A DNA stretch of 63,878 nt, filler included, from Choristocarpus tenellus KU-1152 (lineage: Eukaryota; Protista; Phaeophyceae), in assembly GCA_964200185.2 (NCBI GenBank). It is 11 parts of 11 records of this genome, joined end to end, with 100 filler letters (N's around TTAATTAATTAA, not from the genome) between each part and the next. Parts side by side here need not be neighbours in the genome. Positions count along the whole stretch, not along the records: positions 1 to 9,479 come from CAXNAD020003644.1; positions 9,580 to 15,343 come from CAXNAD020009806.1; 9 more parts are not named here. One strand, 5' to 3'. A model generated the notes under the pieces. It was not told the DNA's origin, searched no databases, and was given only the letters and a program-made list of their open reading frames with translations. This document shows, piece by piece, positions 1-13,841 of the stretch; position 1 is the stretch's first letter, and each line of letters begins with the position of its first letter. The position numbers and the translations under genes were made by a program.

Positions 1-1483
1 CTCGTATAGGTGTTCTAGAGATACCGTAGGCGGTTGATAGCCCATTGAAATAAACACGCACACAAAAAAAGATGGTCAGAGACTACAAAATACAAAGCAA
101 CGAGTGAGTGCACAATTTAGAATAAAAAAAAGTAAATCCTGTTGTATTTACTTTTTACTGTACTTTTTTATTTTATTTTTTAATTTCAAAATGATTGACT
201 GTCTATCCAGAACATCAGCAGACATACTAAAGACACGAAAAATGTCCTTATCTATTCATACACACAAGGTATAACACGTGCAAAATGCGGTTAGAAGCAC
301 TGGGAGCACCTTATACCTTAAGGGAGTGGATGCAGCCAGTAAGATGAACTACTAACTTCTGCAGACCGAGTTTGCCATGGGGGAGACAGGGGCGAGACTA
401 CTCATCTGACACTCAAAGCCAGAGAACAAAGTAAGAAAGAAGATTTGATCTACTATCGGCAAAGACATTGATTCTGTGTCACATTTCTCTAAGCAGGGAA
501 ACTCCAACCACAGAATAAAAAATATATATATTCCATTTTTTATTTTTATGAGCAGAAAAAAATAATAAAACCCCAGACATATTCTCACACACAGTCAGTC
601 CTCCTCCTTATCCAAATAGTTATTTAACCTCTTGTTACTTATTAATATTTGTTCACAAAAACAAAAAACACTAAGGACTCCATATATTCTTCAAAAAATC
701 AAACACAGAAAAGTCTATACATTTTTTTCTCCCACTACATTTTCAAAATTGCAATATATAAAAAAAACTAATGACCTCACCGGCAATGGTCACTGTACCC
801 TAACCCTAATGCAAGCATGTGCCTATCGAAATAAACTAACCCAGTCTACGAGTAGCACTAGCCTGGATTAGGCCCAGTAGAAACAAGAAAAAAGTTGGTA
901 CCATTGTATATATGCAGTAACTATTAGAAAAACTTAAATCGTAAGGGATTAAAAATGAAAAAATATATATATATATTTATGGCTTTCTCAATGTTCTATT
1001 ATACTGAAAATTTGCCAACCAAATGGAAGTTTTTCTACTTGCCTTGGGACAATTCAAAGGAAAAATATTCAACCATTGAGAAACCCGAATCATCTGTAAT
1101 CCACCTAAACCGTCCCTTCCTTGTTTATATTTCAATCTCACAATTCATCACGGTCAGCATCTTTGCCTCTTTAATACCCAGCCCCAACCTGACCCATAAT
1201 CCAAGGCACCATTTCCACAACACAACCCTATGATAAAAGCCTCATCATGCCTACCTGTACCGCCTTACCTTCCACAAGAAGTCGGACACATTTACTAAGA
1301 CAAAAACGCCTATAATTAGGAAAACAACTCTTTCACAACTCACATCGAGGAACAACTCCATCTCTCCGTATTAACAACCCCCCAAAAAAAAATATAATAA
1401 TCCCTCCGTATTAAGCACCAAAATACATGCAACATAAAATAAATGATACCTTTTTTTTCCTGATTAAAAAAAAAGGTGTGTAC

Positions 1484-4400
1484 CTGTGCGGCGGAGTGCT
1501 TCTGAAGGTTTGAGATGTGTTGGCGAAGGGTGTCACAAAGCCTTCTGAACTCAGTAGTCCGATCATATGTCCTGAACAGACAGAAAAAAAACAGAAAAGG
1601 GCAACAGGAAAACTTAAAAAAAAAACTGTTACTTTTTTTCTCATTACTCGCAATAAAAAAAATAAAACATAGCACCTGAGTTAGTTTGCAAAAGAAATAC
1701 TACTTCAAGCTTTTGATTAAGAACATGGCAATCAACTCAATAAAAAACGAATAGTGAATACATTTTCTGTAGTGATTTTGAAGTATTCACGTTTGGTACG
1801 CTGTAAATATTTCCAACCAAATAGCCATACAAACATAGAGGCAGAGTTCCAGCCAGATTGATTTCAGCCATGACAAGGATTAAGTGCAGGTCATTAGTAT
1901 CTCGCACCAATGTACCAGAACGTATTATCTTGAGTATAATCAGAGGTAAAATCAGTTCTTTTGATAATTGTTTCTCCATGACACCCCCCCTCCACCCGGG
2001 CGCTATTTTGCTCAGCTTGTACTATCCTGGGAGTGTACTTCTTGTGCCTTGCAGTTTCGCGGTGTAGCATAGTGTCAAGAGGTCAAATAAAAAAATACTA
2101 GTGTGCAGTCACTAATATTACTGTTCTTGTCCCAAAAAAATTGAAATCTGACCAGGTCACCTATGTACCTTCAGGCAACTACGTTTTCACACCAACTATT
2201 GCAGCCCAGCCAGCTACCTAGCCCATAGAGAGTTTTCTAAGCCCTTGGCTAACAACACATTCCAACAGTTACAAAGCGACTAAGAGGAGGGTCCTCCTGA
2301 GTTTGAAGGGCCTCCAAGGCTATATTTTTCGTGGGGCTTGTTATTAGATCACTCACTCAGTCTGCAGCTGTGTAGTGCAGATGATTCGGTTTGCCACTGC
2401 ATTCAGATTCACTTCTCAGAAGCAAAATCATCCCCCTCCCCCCCTCTGCTAAGTCTTTTACTTTTCAAAAAACCAAGTTAAAAAATCCCCTCGAAGTAAC
2501 TCGGAACGGACATAAGACACCTCCCTCTCAGATACTCCCATTCACAACCTTCACATGCATGAGAAACATTTAACCCATTGACAGGAGCAATCAATTCTCC
2601 CAGGCACACACACACACACACAAACAACACATGTCTACCGCTTCACTTCTCTCTACACACTACCACTCGCCTGCAAAAGTTAAAAGCCTTGAGGCAAGTG
2701 TTGTGATACACAGCCTCCAGCTTCGTGTTTGTCTTCAGTATGTCCAACACAGCACGGTACGTTTCCCACAAGAACTTGAGCCAAGGCACAACCATCTCCC
2801 TGTCTGTCCTCTCCTTCTCCCCCTCCTCTGTCATGGTAGAAAGCATGATACTCTCGGGGGTGGCCTCCGCTTCAAGGTCTCCCACCTTCGCCGCAGCCTG
2901 AATACCCATCTGCAGCAATTAAGTGAGAAAGGAGTTAACACGATTAATTAATATATATATAGATGTAGTATTAGTAGGGTTAGGCAAATGGTAGTTGTGT
3001 AATTGTGAATCCAAGTGCTTAGGTAATAAAAAAAAGTGAAAACCACTCAAATATATATATATTTTTGCTTTCCTACTATAAAGCTTGAATCATAGCAACA
3101 CAAGGGAGTTCCAGTAGAGTGTGCAACAGGCATAGCTGTGAGAAAATAACCAATCAAACCATCCCCCCCCCCCCCCCTCCTGTCTGTACAGATACAAAAG
3201 TGAACGGAAAGGACTCACCAAACTAGTCAGTAAGGATATCAAGGTTAGGGTTAGGGTGTACTATAACAAACAAAAGGGTTAGTGTTAGGGGTGACACGTG
3301 TAGGTCACCCCCATAGTTATGCAGGATGTCACTAGGGTTAGGGTTATAAAAAAACTGGAGAATGCTGCCGACTAGATAATGGGGGGGATGATGGGTTGGT
3401 ACAGTGGCATGACGTGTACTGCTGGTGGTAAAAGCAAAATCCATCATCAGACTGTACTGTCCATAAAAACCACATCCCAATTGAAATATTTGGTTGTGGT
3501 TAGGTTTATGATTTATTATACTTCTATGAACCGTAAAATAGCTGGAGTTACAGATAAAAAAATATCTACGAGGGGAGTGTATTATAAATTGACCTGTGAA
3601 AGCATCGCTGCCCTGGATAGAAATTGGATGTACTTGCATCAGTGTTTAATTCATTCCCTCTAGGTAGGTCTACAAACCCTGTATTGACAACCACGATGAC
3701 GATGAAGTCAAAGAAGTCAAAATGCTTCCTCCCGAGCAACGCTGCGAATATGTCACAAATTTGATTTTGTAACCTTAACCACCTATCGATAAACGGCAAA
3801 AAAAATGTTTAAATGAACCCTACCCCTCACGTATTTTTTTATAACAATAAAAATATAATAATGATAGATCCCACACGCCACCGCAACTGAAAAAACAGAT
3901 GAGAGTAAAAGGAACGCTGAGTTTCAGGTACAACGCAGTGGAACAGTCAACCACAAAACAGTGCATTCCCCTCGTAAAATGCAACACAACATGCTGAACA
4001 ACACCCATGCACGCACCACTGTTAGCACTAACATTCTTTTGTTGATCAGATAGATCTACAGTAGATTCATACCAGTGCGAGGAATGGATGGACTAGTCTG
4101 TATTCAAATACTCATGAAGGAGCAGGAGCAGGGACCTGACTTGCTTCCCTTCATTCGAAGGACCTCATTCTAACACTTTTTTTGACAAGGTGGCACACAG
4201 TTGAACTGCACTTACCACCGAAGTTGTATGTAATGTCACAACATCGAAGAATCAACATCAGGGGAAACTCAACTAATGTAACATTTAAGTGATAGCAAGC
4301 CTGAAGCCAGGCCCTACAAAGGTGTATTGTATTTCTTAGTAACTGGACTTCACACACCTGGTCAGCCTTTTTCCTACTGTTGGTGGCTTTCTTCTCTGCA

Positions 4401-5557
4401 AGGTCCAGCAAGTAGTTGATTATCACTTCCAGCGATCCTGGGGCCTGCTGCTGCGCCATGTTCCTGTACTGATGTAGACCATCCTTGGCCTGACAAAGGT
4501 ACGCAAGGCACGTCAGATGACTAATGTCAAGATGTAAACCGTCTAGACCAGCTTGGAATGGAGTCAAATGCCAGCGTGAAGGCTTGGTTTGTCAAAGGAC
4601 AATTTCTTTTGCGATTTGGCTCTGCCTCATCAGTACAAGGTCATATAACGTGACGAGGCGGTGCACATGATACATTTCATATACACTAGCTTGTGTAAAA
4701 GTATACACTGGAACGTGGCAAATGACATGCGGCACAGGTGAAACAAATGTCGAACAAACAGCCTTGCACAGTCTACAGATGCAGAAATAGCGTTCAACTT
4801 AAGTGAGATGTACTTCTATGTGGGTGACATCTGCCGTACGTGCACTGGACTTGGCGATCAAAATCGACTGCGAATGAACAATGTTCACTCGGATATGAGG
4901 GTTTCCGAACCTCCTCGGGAGACCGATGGAACGTACCTGTCGGTGCTGCTGCAGCTGCACACAAAGGTCGAGGTACTTGAGCATTATGGTCTCATATGCA
5001 GTCTGCCATGTCTTGTACCTCCTAGTAGTGAACACGGAGTGTAGTAGCTCCAGCGCGGCATGCTTGTTGTTGATAGCGATCAGCTCTGGTATAATAGTGC
5101 CAAAAAGAAGGCGAAGAGTAAAACAGCAGATTCCAGGCAGTATCAGCATAGTGTGCATCACGTACTGGTGGACTCTGGAATACAATTAGGCGCCAACTCC
5201 GTTTGAGCGAAATGCTCTGTTCATTTTACAGAATCTCTCCACACTTCCCGTGTTCGTAAGTTGTAGTTTCATGTTGTGGTCTTGAAACTCAAATATTTGT
5301 CTTAGTTCAAGCCTTATCAGAATTACACTTGAATGGCACAGGTGAGAGACAAAGTTAGGCGTTCCTTATTCTCATTGTCTCTGCAGCCAAACACTGCCAT
5401 CAGCGCCGACCATCACCACACATCACTCCATAATTGCTAGAGATCTATATTGGGGCTATTGAATCTCCAGCATCTTCCGGTATTTATTCATCAGCAGATT
5501 CTCACCATTTGCCCGCTTGAGAGCGTTCTCTGGTTTGTGAAACCACGTCTGGGACAT
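1484..5557 (-). CDS. EIF3A: Eukaryotic translation initiation factor 3 subunit A, 5' exons: 5557-5506, 5085-4937, 4489-4358, 2909-2671, 1571-1484; gene continues beyond window start
   Basis: Spliced translation MSQTWFHKPENALKRANELIAINNKHAALELLHSVFTTRRYKTWQ...AKDGLHQYRNMAQQQAPGSLEVII...PESIMLSTM...RTDREMVVPWLKFLWETYRAVLDILKTNTKLE...RTTEFRRLCDTLRQH matches the conserved eIF3a N-terminus; all intron phases are consistent. Confidence 0.96.
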
Positions 5558-6005
5558 GGTTCCAATACTATCTTCAGGTCTAAAGCCACAGAGCTACTAC
5601 ACCCCCAACCCGAGCAACTGCCCTCGGTCTCCCAGGAAGTTTTACACAGCGCGCAATCCAAAAAAGCTGATCCCTGTGCCCAACGAGCTCAGAGATATCT
5701 CGGCAAAGTCCTTGTCGCCTTGAAACAAAGGGGTCGAGGTTTTTCTCTCTCTCGCTCTCTCAATTTCAAGACTTCACACCCACCCCATATTTTTACTATA
5801 GACATTGTATATTTTTATTTTCCTTCTATTACTACTGGAAAACCCTAACACTTCGACCCTTCACCCCATCATCTTCCAACAATTGAGACATCTTCAATGC
5901 TAGACAAGCAACGGACAGAGGAAAATCGACCCTGGAGAGAGTAAAGAAGCAGTCCTAGCGCATCCATTGTTGAGATTAACACGTTGTATTCGTGGCTGTT
6001 GTAAG
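5558..6005. promoter_or_regulatory. Compact head-to-head intergenic region, putative bidirectional promoter, with telo-box AAACCCTAA at 5840-5848
   Basis: 448 bp between the eIF3a ATG (5557, -) and the ATG at 6006 (+); promoter function inferred from position only. Confidence 0.5.
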
Positions 6006-6909
6006 ATGGTAGAATCTTCAGAGGTTCTTGGGCTTCGTCGGCAGCTGGAAAAGGCCATGGAGGCCGAGGTGGGTTGGTAACGTGGACGGCACTTTAGATG
6101 CTACATTTTTGCACTCTCTTGTTCATGAACTTTCCTGATATATTATTGATCTCGCTGCTGTCCAATCGATAGTCTTTGAGGTGCGACGGCTACTGCTTCC
6201 GATTGACTCATTGCATCCAAAGAATTGCAAGTTGCAGAAGGTGGATTGGAATTTGTGGGCAAGTCTACTACTATGTGATCGGTGATGATTCATGAAGGGA
6301 CATTTCTGGAAAATCTAAGTTCTCCGCATCCATCATCTTGTTAGGTCAATTGAGTGCGTCTAAGTGCTCGTCTCAAGTTCTTGTATGTCCAATACTGCTA
6401 GCCCTATAGCTTTCCCCATCTGTATCCTTTTGCACCTCTTTGCAGTTGGACAGTCGTAGTTGTAACCGCATTGATAAGCACTGGCATTTGTTTAGCACTA
6501 CGGTGGAATACAACATGCCTTCTTATTCCTCCAGCGTAATGGTCAGCAATGCAGTTCCGCGTGCGACAAAGACAATACACCAATCCACACATACATGAGC
6601 CACGAGCATTTTCAGTAGACAGTCAGATAAAAGATTCAGAATTGAAATTGAGCTCATCGATTGATAAGACTCTGTCACGGAGCAACTCGGTACTGCTGGT
6701 GCCGGTTAAGCTCTGATCGTTTTCCTCTTTACCCTTACGACATCTTTTGCTACATGAACCAGAAGCCTATTTACCGTCATATAGTATTAACAGAGTCCGT
6801 TACACATAAGTGCACCCCTCTGTCTGTACAGGAGGTAGATCGTATGAGAGACTTGCTTGGATCGCTGGGAGCAATGTTTGTGTCCCTCAGTATCCTCAGA
6901 GAGAGCAAG
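6006..6909 (+). CDS. TFIIS N-terminal (TND/LW) domain protein, first two exons 6006-6068 and 6832-6909
   Basis: MVESSEVLGLRRQLEKAMEAE|EVDRMRDLLGSLGAMFVSLSILRESK with GT-AG boundaries in phase 0; resembles the TND helix pattern ending in L-R-E-S/T-K before IGK; downstream exons not found before the gap. Confidence 0.6.
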
Positions 6910-8740
6910 GTGAGGATAACATATCATAGCCTCAACCCCCCCGTTACTCTGCCTGCCCCCTCTAGCATTCCCAATCCCTGGTTTTGCTGTTGGTTTGGCC
7001 TATTTCTTGTACTCCTACAAACAAGTTGTTCTTAGCTATTACAGCGGCGAACAAAGTTCCTGTTGTGCAATCAAAGATTGCCTCATCACTGTGGTCCGGC
7101 GTTCATGTATTTTTTATTGCCATGACCCCAACCCTGATCTGTATCATCAACGCGAGCAGCAACAACTTCAGAGTACTTTTGTGTATTGAAAGAATGCATG
7201 TAATGTAGAATATCAACGGATGGGTTTTACCACAGGTTGCGTGTTTTTGCTTCCTCACCCCAGTAGTACCATGTTTGTTTTTTTTTCACAATATCAATTT
7301 TCTTGTTCCTGTAGCCACAAAACTATATATATATATATATTTGCTGCTAAGGAATTGCAATGCAGTGCAGTGGAATCCAACATGTCTCTTACTGATGAGA
7401 AATAAATCTGTATCCATGGTAGTAACGCACACAAATCCATGAAAAACGAACATGACAGTCTTCGAATTGCCTCTTTTTGTATTAAGAAAAAAGTCATTGT
7501 GACGCATGTACAGGTACACTACTTGTGCATCTTCTAGATCTCATTGCTCGGCTTTGTTCTTGACCGCATCATTGGACGGTGGACAGCTTTTCTCTTATTT
7601 CGACTGCTAATTCCTATTGTTTTGCGGCGTTTTGTATAGTCTAACCCTAATATCAAGGATATTGATAAGAATTGGCGAATGATAACCCCTAACACTGGAT
7701 TTGAGATTAACATTTTTTTTTTTCGTCTTGTTTTAAAGAGGATTTGAGAGATATATGCGATGCATGGAAGGTTGCTGCAACCCTCGAGGAGAGGGGAGAG
7801 GTGTGGGGGGGAGCGTATCGATATTCTGATTTTTGGTTGCACTCCACCTGTCCTGTTAGTAATAGTAGTGATTGTTGTCTGTATGTATAGTGGTGTATCC
7901 CTTGGTCATCTAGAGTTGTGCAATGGTAGTAGTATTATGTATATAATTAAGGTGTTCATAGTGATCAGTTACAAACATAGAAAAAAAAAAATTCGGCCCG
8001 ACTTTTACAAGGTCAAAACAGAAAATTTCTGGCAATCAGAAATTGGGGATTTTTGGCATATCGGTATGACAAATAATGTACACCATACCACCAGTATACA
8101 CATGTGTGTGTGTGTATATATATATATTGTATGTTGATGATGGTATGCACTCAACCAATGAGAGTAAAATACTGCTGGTGTAGCCGAGGTGTGAGGGTTC
8201 TTTTGACGCTTGTGGTATGAATCTCAACACCTTCATGGTTGAAAGTCTTTTGTGCGTCTTGAAAAGTGAGCAGAGGTTGTGTTGGATGAGGTGTTGGCCA
8301 CACATGCAGTTGGGGGGAGGGGAGGGAGGCTACGATATGGAAGGGGCTGCCATGTTGTTCCATTTGAGACAAATAATAATAATAACAACTAATGTCCGTC
8401 ACTGCACGATTGACTCTCTTGAGATGGGTCATGTGTTTCAACCTAGAGAGGCGCCAGTTGGGTGGGCAAGGAGGGGCTTGTCAGATTCTTGTGATGCTTT
8501 TCCTACCCCCCTCATCCACCTTTGTAGGGCTATGCTAGATTGGAAGCAGAGTAGCAGTGTGCACATTACATTGTAGTGGACAACCTTCAAGGGAGCGTTG
8601 ATGTATTGTTGCTATTCAAATAGTCAGTATTTGATAGAGATATATCTTTTGCACTGGAAACTGTTACATTTTTTTTAGAGGGGTCCTTGGGATAAAGGTT
8701 TGGTCTTTCCATGAAAACGTCTGCAAATAACGTCACAGGC

Positions 8741-8773
<33 letters not shown>

Positions 8774-9479
8774 CATTATGCGCTCAATAGTAACCGGTAG
8801 ATTTCCTCCAATCAGATATTGGGGATTTTGATGGATAGGTATAACAATTCAAGGTATACTGTACCACCAAAATACAATTGAGTATGTACCGACAACCGTA
8901 TATACTCAATTGTACATACCGTGGTCATTTTCTATTTTGATGGTAGCTATTTAGTTGGCAAATACGATTTCGCTGACGCCGGAAATTTTATTTTATTTTT
9001 GTACCTTGATTGAGATGATAGGTAATATATTTTTGAGTACCAGATGACATGTACCAGACCAGACATGAGTAAAATTATGAAAATATAAAATAAGTCGTAC
9101 AAAAATTTACAAGATCTGCCCTGAATGATCAAGAATATTTGTATGTATATATAATTTTTTCTATTTCCTTCAAGTGAGTGGCATGCATACGGTAGTTTTT
9201 TTTTCATTTTTTCATCTTCTTGTTTTGTTAGGGTTAGGGTTAGATTTTCTGAAGGAGATTGGATGTCGTGCTGTTGTGTGTGTGACAACATGTGTATTTT
9301 TTTTCTGGATGGCGTGTCGGTTAGGGTTAGGGTTAGGGTTAGGGTTTGTGTCCACTTACATGCCGGTCGACCATATCTTTGTTTTTTTATTTCAAATACT
9401 TACATATTCGTATACATATACGTACATAAATACATGCACTTGTAGAAGTGATAGCATTGGCCCGAAGTATCTGGGGGGG

Positions 9480-9579
9480 NNNNNNNNNNNNNNNNNNNNN
9501 NNNNNNNNNNNNNNNNNNNNNNNTTAATTAATTAANNNNNNNNNNNNNNNNNNNNNNNNNNNNNNNNNNNNNNNNNNNN
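9480..9579. other. Artificial contig linker N44-TTAATTAATTAA-N44; identical linkers at 15344, 21744, 24506, 31234, 34729, 45744, 52893, 57148 and 61183
   Basis: Ten identical 100-nt spacers with a six-frame stop cassette. Confidence 0.98.
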
Positions 9580-9688
9580 GTAGGCCGTGTTAGTCTGTAG
9601 ACCGTGTTAGTCTGTAGACCGTGTTAGTCTGTAGACCGTGTTAGTCTGTAGACCGTGTTAGTCTGTAGACCGTGTTAGTCTGTAGACC
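9580..9688. repeat. 17-bp minisatellite (ACCGTGTTAGTCTGTAG), about 6 copies, truncated by the contig end
   Basis: Near-perfect direct tandem copies without spacers. Confidence 0.95.
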
Positions 9689-10326
9689 AAGTAGTCTTCA
9701 ACGGCGTAGAAAGTACCCACCTGGAATCTGACCCTTGCCGTAGAAAGTAGAAAGTACCCAAAGTGTAGCGCACTTCATGTGACTTCTGTGTTTATTCCTC
9801 TGACTATCCTGTTCAATATTATGTTCAATAATCCTGTTCAATTAGGGTCCAATAATATGGAAAATTTTGACAAGACGGAAGTCACCAATGTCAGGGTGAA
9901 GGTGAAGGAGTCCCTGGTCAAAGAGTCCAAGTCCAGGCAAAGGGTTGCTTGGGGCTCTGGATCTACGGTGAGATAAAGAGGGAGAGACATACATATGCAC
10001 ACAAACACATACATGCGGTAGCTCAGGTTCTTAGTTGAAATACCAACGATTCAAACTGTAAATGTGGGTGCAGACAAGGACTCCTTGTTTGCTGTCAGTA
10101 ACATGACCTGGAACAAGAACAAAAGAAGAGACCGGGTGTTGTTTAGTGCTCCTCAGTAATGTTATTTGTGTTTTACTCATCCTGTCTGCAGTATGATAGC
10201 ATGATAGTGTTTGACAAACCCATCGTCTGTGACGCTAAACTGCAGATTAGATTAGTTGTCTCATTAGTTGTCTGATAAAGAGAAGTGAGGTGAATGGATT
10301 ATCTGGAAAGTGTTACTTATTGTCAT

Positions 10327-10609
10327 GAGTCAAGTTATCTTAGGGTTAGGGTACAGACGCGTCCGTTTGGGGGTCAAAATCCAATGTTGTGATTTTGATG
10401 TAATTTTGGCTATGGTGTTTGTTAGGTTTGTTAGGAGATAGATGTCAGTATACTTGCTTTGAACGAACCTTTTCATAACATATACATATATATATATTAC
10501 ATACTCCAAAACAGTTTGGAGAAGGAAAATGTCATATTAAACCCGTGGGAAGACAAGCCCCAAATGGACAAACAAGGCAAAATTTGTACCCTCTAAGGTA
10601 CTTTCACTC
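10327..10609. mobile_element. MITE, GAGTCAAAGTATCT family copy
   Basis: Imperfect TIR GAGTCAAGTTATCTTAG...CTAAGGTACTTTCACTC; interior homologous to copies at 35467, 48596 and 50710. Confidence 0.8.
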
Positions 10610-10890
10610 TTTATTGTGTGTGGTGTGGTTTAATTGAAATGTTATCAAATTTCTTATCTTATCAAATTTCTTATCTTAGTGTGGGAATATGGCGCGCCCC
10701 TATCATGCTTGCAGGCACAATGTAATGTAAGTTGTAGGGTGTATAGTACAATGGACGGGGGGGAGAGTGGCACTGACAAAGGCGATAACTATTACATTGG
10801 TTAGAAGGTTAAAGGTGTACATAGCAATTAAGAAGGAAGAGCTCTTTTTGGTAAAAGCTACGAGTTTTTATTTTGCTCTGTTAACACCAG

Positions 10891-13422
10891 GGTTATGCAG
10901 AGGAGCTAAAAAAGAAAGGCATGGCGAAGATTGACAAGTATGGTGAGGACAAGATGAAGGCACGTCGACAGCAGCTGGAGGTTAGTGTGTTCTTCTATTT
11001 GTCATATGTTTGTGCACATGGATGATGGTTGATGATGGTTGCTGCATTGAGGTGGTTCAAATACGGTCATCTACAGCTGTGCTCTGTAACATGGTGGAAC
11101 ACTGGCTTCATGGTTGATTGGAACACTTGTAGGTTTGCAAGTTTGATGTCATTGCCTTCCACCCCTGCCCCTATTCAAATGTTGAGAATGCAATTGCTGT
11201 CAATAGAAAGTATGAAATTTGTACAACAGTGATGATGGTGATGGTGATGGTGATGGTGATGACAGAACCAGGGAAAAACATACATACAATATCCAACTGT
11301 TTCGAACTCCACAACCTCTTCCACATGCGTGTTGTCATGGGGAGTAGAGTACTATATATGCTGTAGCCTCTCCTTCCTTGTATTCCTCTGGCACTGTTGT
11401 CTGAAGTGGAGGATTTGGAGAGTGTACACTGGTCCTAAATAGCATAGCCTCTGCTATATTGTACTCCTGGACATGTCTAGTGAATTAATTGCTGATTAGA
11501 TTGAATAGACCTCTTCCCATGAACTTCTGCCATAGTTGTTTGATATTTTTGGTACGTATTGTTTTTTTTTACACCGAGGTTGACTCTTTGTATAGCTACT
11601 TCCGCATTTATTAGGAATAAAATGGCATGTGCAAAGGCTTTGATTGGTCATCCCTAGCTACCTCCTACTATTGAATGGTGGATCCTCCTTGAGTGCTGTG
11701 AATAATTGATCGGATTGCGCTTCAATTGTTGGTGTGGTGCTGTGCCTCTATTATCACTGATAATTTGAACTAGTTCATGTGTGATTTCTAACTATTTCAT
11801 GTGTCATTAACTATTTCATGTTTGATTTCTGTTTTTTTTGTTTCTGGTAGAACTGGCGTAACCAGCAGGAGGTCAGCAAGGCACAGAGAGGAAAGATGGA
11901 AGAGATGGACCAAGTCATGGGCAAGTCATCTTTCCAGTCTGGGTCCAACTGGAAGGTGAAGATTTTGAGATGTCTGTACTTAATGTCTCTACTAAGTGTT
12001 GTACGTGAAGTGGGATACAGAAATACACGTGTGTGTGTGTGGAGTAAGGTAAGATGGAGTTCGTCAGGTTTTACCCAATGGTGTGGCTTCTTGATGTATC
12101 TGCCTGTTGTTGCAAATAGTAAGGTAAGTCCTTGGTTGGGGTTTAGGGTGGATTTGAGGGAAGTGAAGTGAAGTGGTGTATCCACGGTGAAGTGGTTTAT
12201 CCACGATGGTGCTCGATATGTAATGTTTTTATTAATTAGTTGGTTAGAGTTGAGTTAGGGTTATAGGTTTGACTCAAGGTACATAATGTGAAGAGATCTG
12301 TTTTTTGTTCTTGTGTACGTACATAAAGGTGGTGTGTATGTAAGGAGGGTTGCTGTCTAGCTTGTGATCCTGTTCGGGTATGAAATAAACTGATGATGGT
12401 GATGCGACGTATCATTCTTTCAAGCCTACACAGAGAGAGACCTGCCCATAGCGATATTTATGACAATTCCGATATTCCTCTGAAATTAGTGCCCTGTACG
12501 ATTTTGAGCCTTATATCTGTCCCTGGATTGAAGGAGGCATGTCGAAGGTGAATGGAGATGTTTAAGGGTTAGGGTTAGGGTTAGGGTTAGAGTATATGTG
12601 ACACGGTGATGGAGAGGATTTAAGGGTTAGGGTTAGAGTATATATTACACGGTGATGGAGAGGATTGGCATTGATAAGATTGCTCAAGGTGAAGCAAGGT
12701 TATGGTGCACTTGGTATTGGTGATGAGGGTGTTGTCACTAACAACTATCAACTTAGATTTTTGTACCCTTGTATAGGTTGTATAGGTTATGTAGATTGTA
12801 TAGGTTGTATAGGTTCTCAAGTACGCGGTATTTTTTGGCTCTTACCATATTTTGATGTCGACTATCCTGTTTAAGTGTGTAGTATTGCTGCTGTTGGTAT
12901 TTTTTGCGTTGTGATTGGGCAGTGTGATGATCAGTGCATTGACACACTGTAGTGGGCACACTGACGTTTTACTTGATTGAGCACGTTGAACTCGAAGCAC
13001 TGAACTTGATTGTGTATTGTAGATTGGTCAAATCATTGTTGTATTGTGTATTGGTTCAATATTGATCATTGGTTCATCGATATCATTTTTATTGTTATTG
13101 TAGCATTTGTAGTTGTATTAGGTAGTAGCAGTGGTGGTGTTATTAGTTAGTTATTATTTGTCCCATCCATTTTCCACTTTCATCATCTCTGGTACTTGCT
13201 TGCATTGCACTGTCTGGTGCAATGTCTGTTATAATCACCATGCAACGTGCTTACCTCGTCTGTACTCTCCTCTAAATATGTTTTAATATGATTTAATGTA
13301 TGCCATCTGATTTAATGTAGAGGGGCAAGGCAGCCTATTTTGACGATATTGAGAGGGTCACTCAAGAGGGGCAAGATGAGAGCTGGAACAAGTATGCGGC
13401 ACCAAAGACCACCGGAAAGAAG
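10891..13422 (+). CDS. Internal exons of an uncharacterised charged/coiled protein: 10891-10980, 11851-11955, 13321-13422
   Basis: Three phase-0 AG/GT-bounded exons: GYAEELKKKGMAKIDKYGEDKMKARRQQLE|NWRNQQEVSKAQRGKMEEMDQVMGKSSFQSGSNWK|RGKAAYFDDIERVTQEGQDESWNKYAAPKTTGKK. Confidence 0.65.
12562..12667. repeat. Interstitial (TTAGGG)n run with a local duplication of the run plus adjacent unique sequence
   Basis: ttaagggttagggttag...agtatat..acacggtgatggagaggatt occurs twice in tandem. Confidence 0.85.
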
Positions 13423-13841
13423 GTGAGAGGAACATCTTCACCATAACTACAACAGTCACAAACAGTGCTTGTAGTCATTATCTACAGGAGTTACATCTAT
13501 ACTTGCTTTAGTATGTTAGATAAAGTAAACCACTGCCATGTTTTACATTATTTTTGTGTTTATTGAAAAGATGGGATAGCTAGCTAGCTGGGTCCAAGGT
13601 ATTTTTGTTTTCCATTTAGTAATTTTGAACCAATTTAGGCTTGAGTGGTTGTATCTACAAGATAGTGTGGTATCTGGTGAGTCCTGCATCAACAGAGAGG
13701 ATGATACTCAAGATCCCTGTAACCTACAAGCAACATGGCATGAAGTATTACTTGAAATTTGAAGCTGTGGAAGAGGTACTGTTAATAGTACTCGCAAAGT
13801 ATGTCCAAGTTGTGAGTTTTCAATGGCGTCAACTGTGACTA

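Noticed and set aside
25-45. Possible eIF3a micro-exon AINRLR on the minus strand
   Set aside because: GT donor present but no AG acceptor found immediately upstream
9524-9535. TTAATTAATTAA palindrome recurring ten times between N runs
   Set aside because: Artificial six-frame stop linker, not biological
9580-9688. Possible CRISPR array
   Set aside because: Direct tandem units with no unique spacers; eukaryotic context; no cas genes
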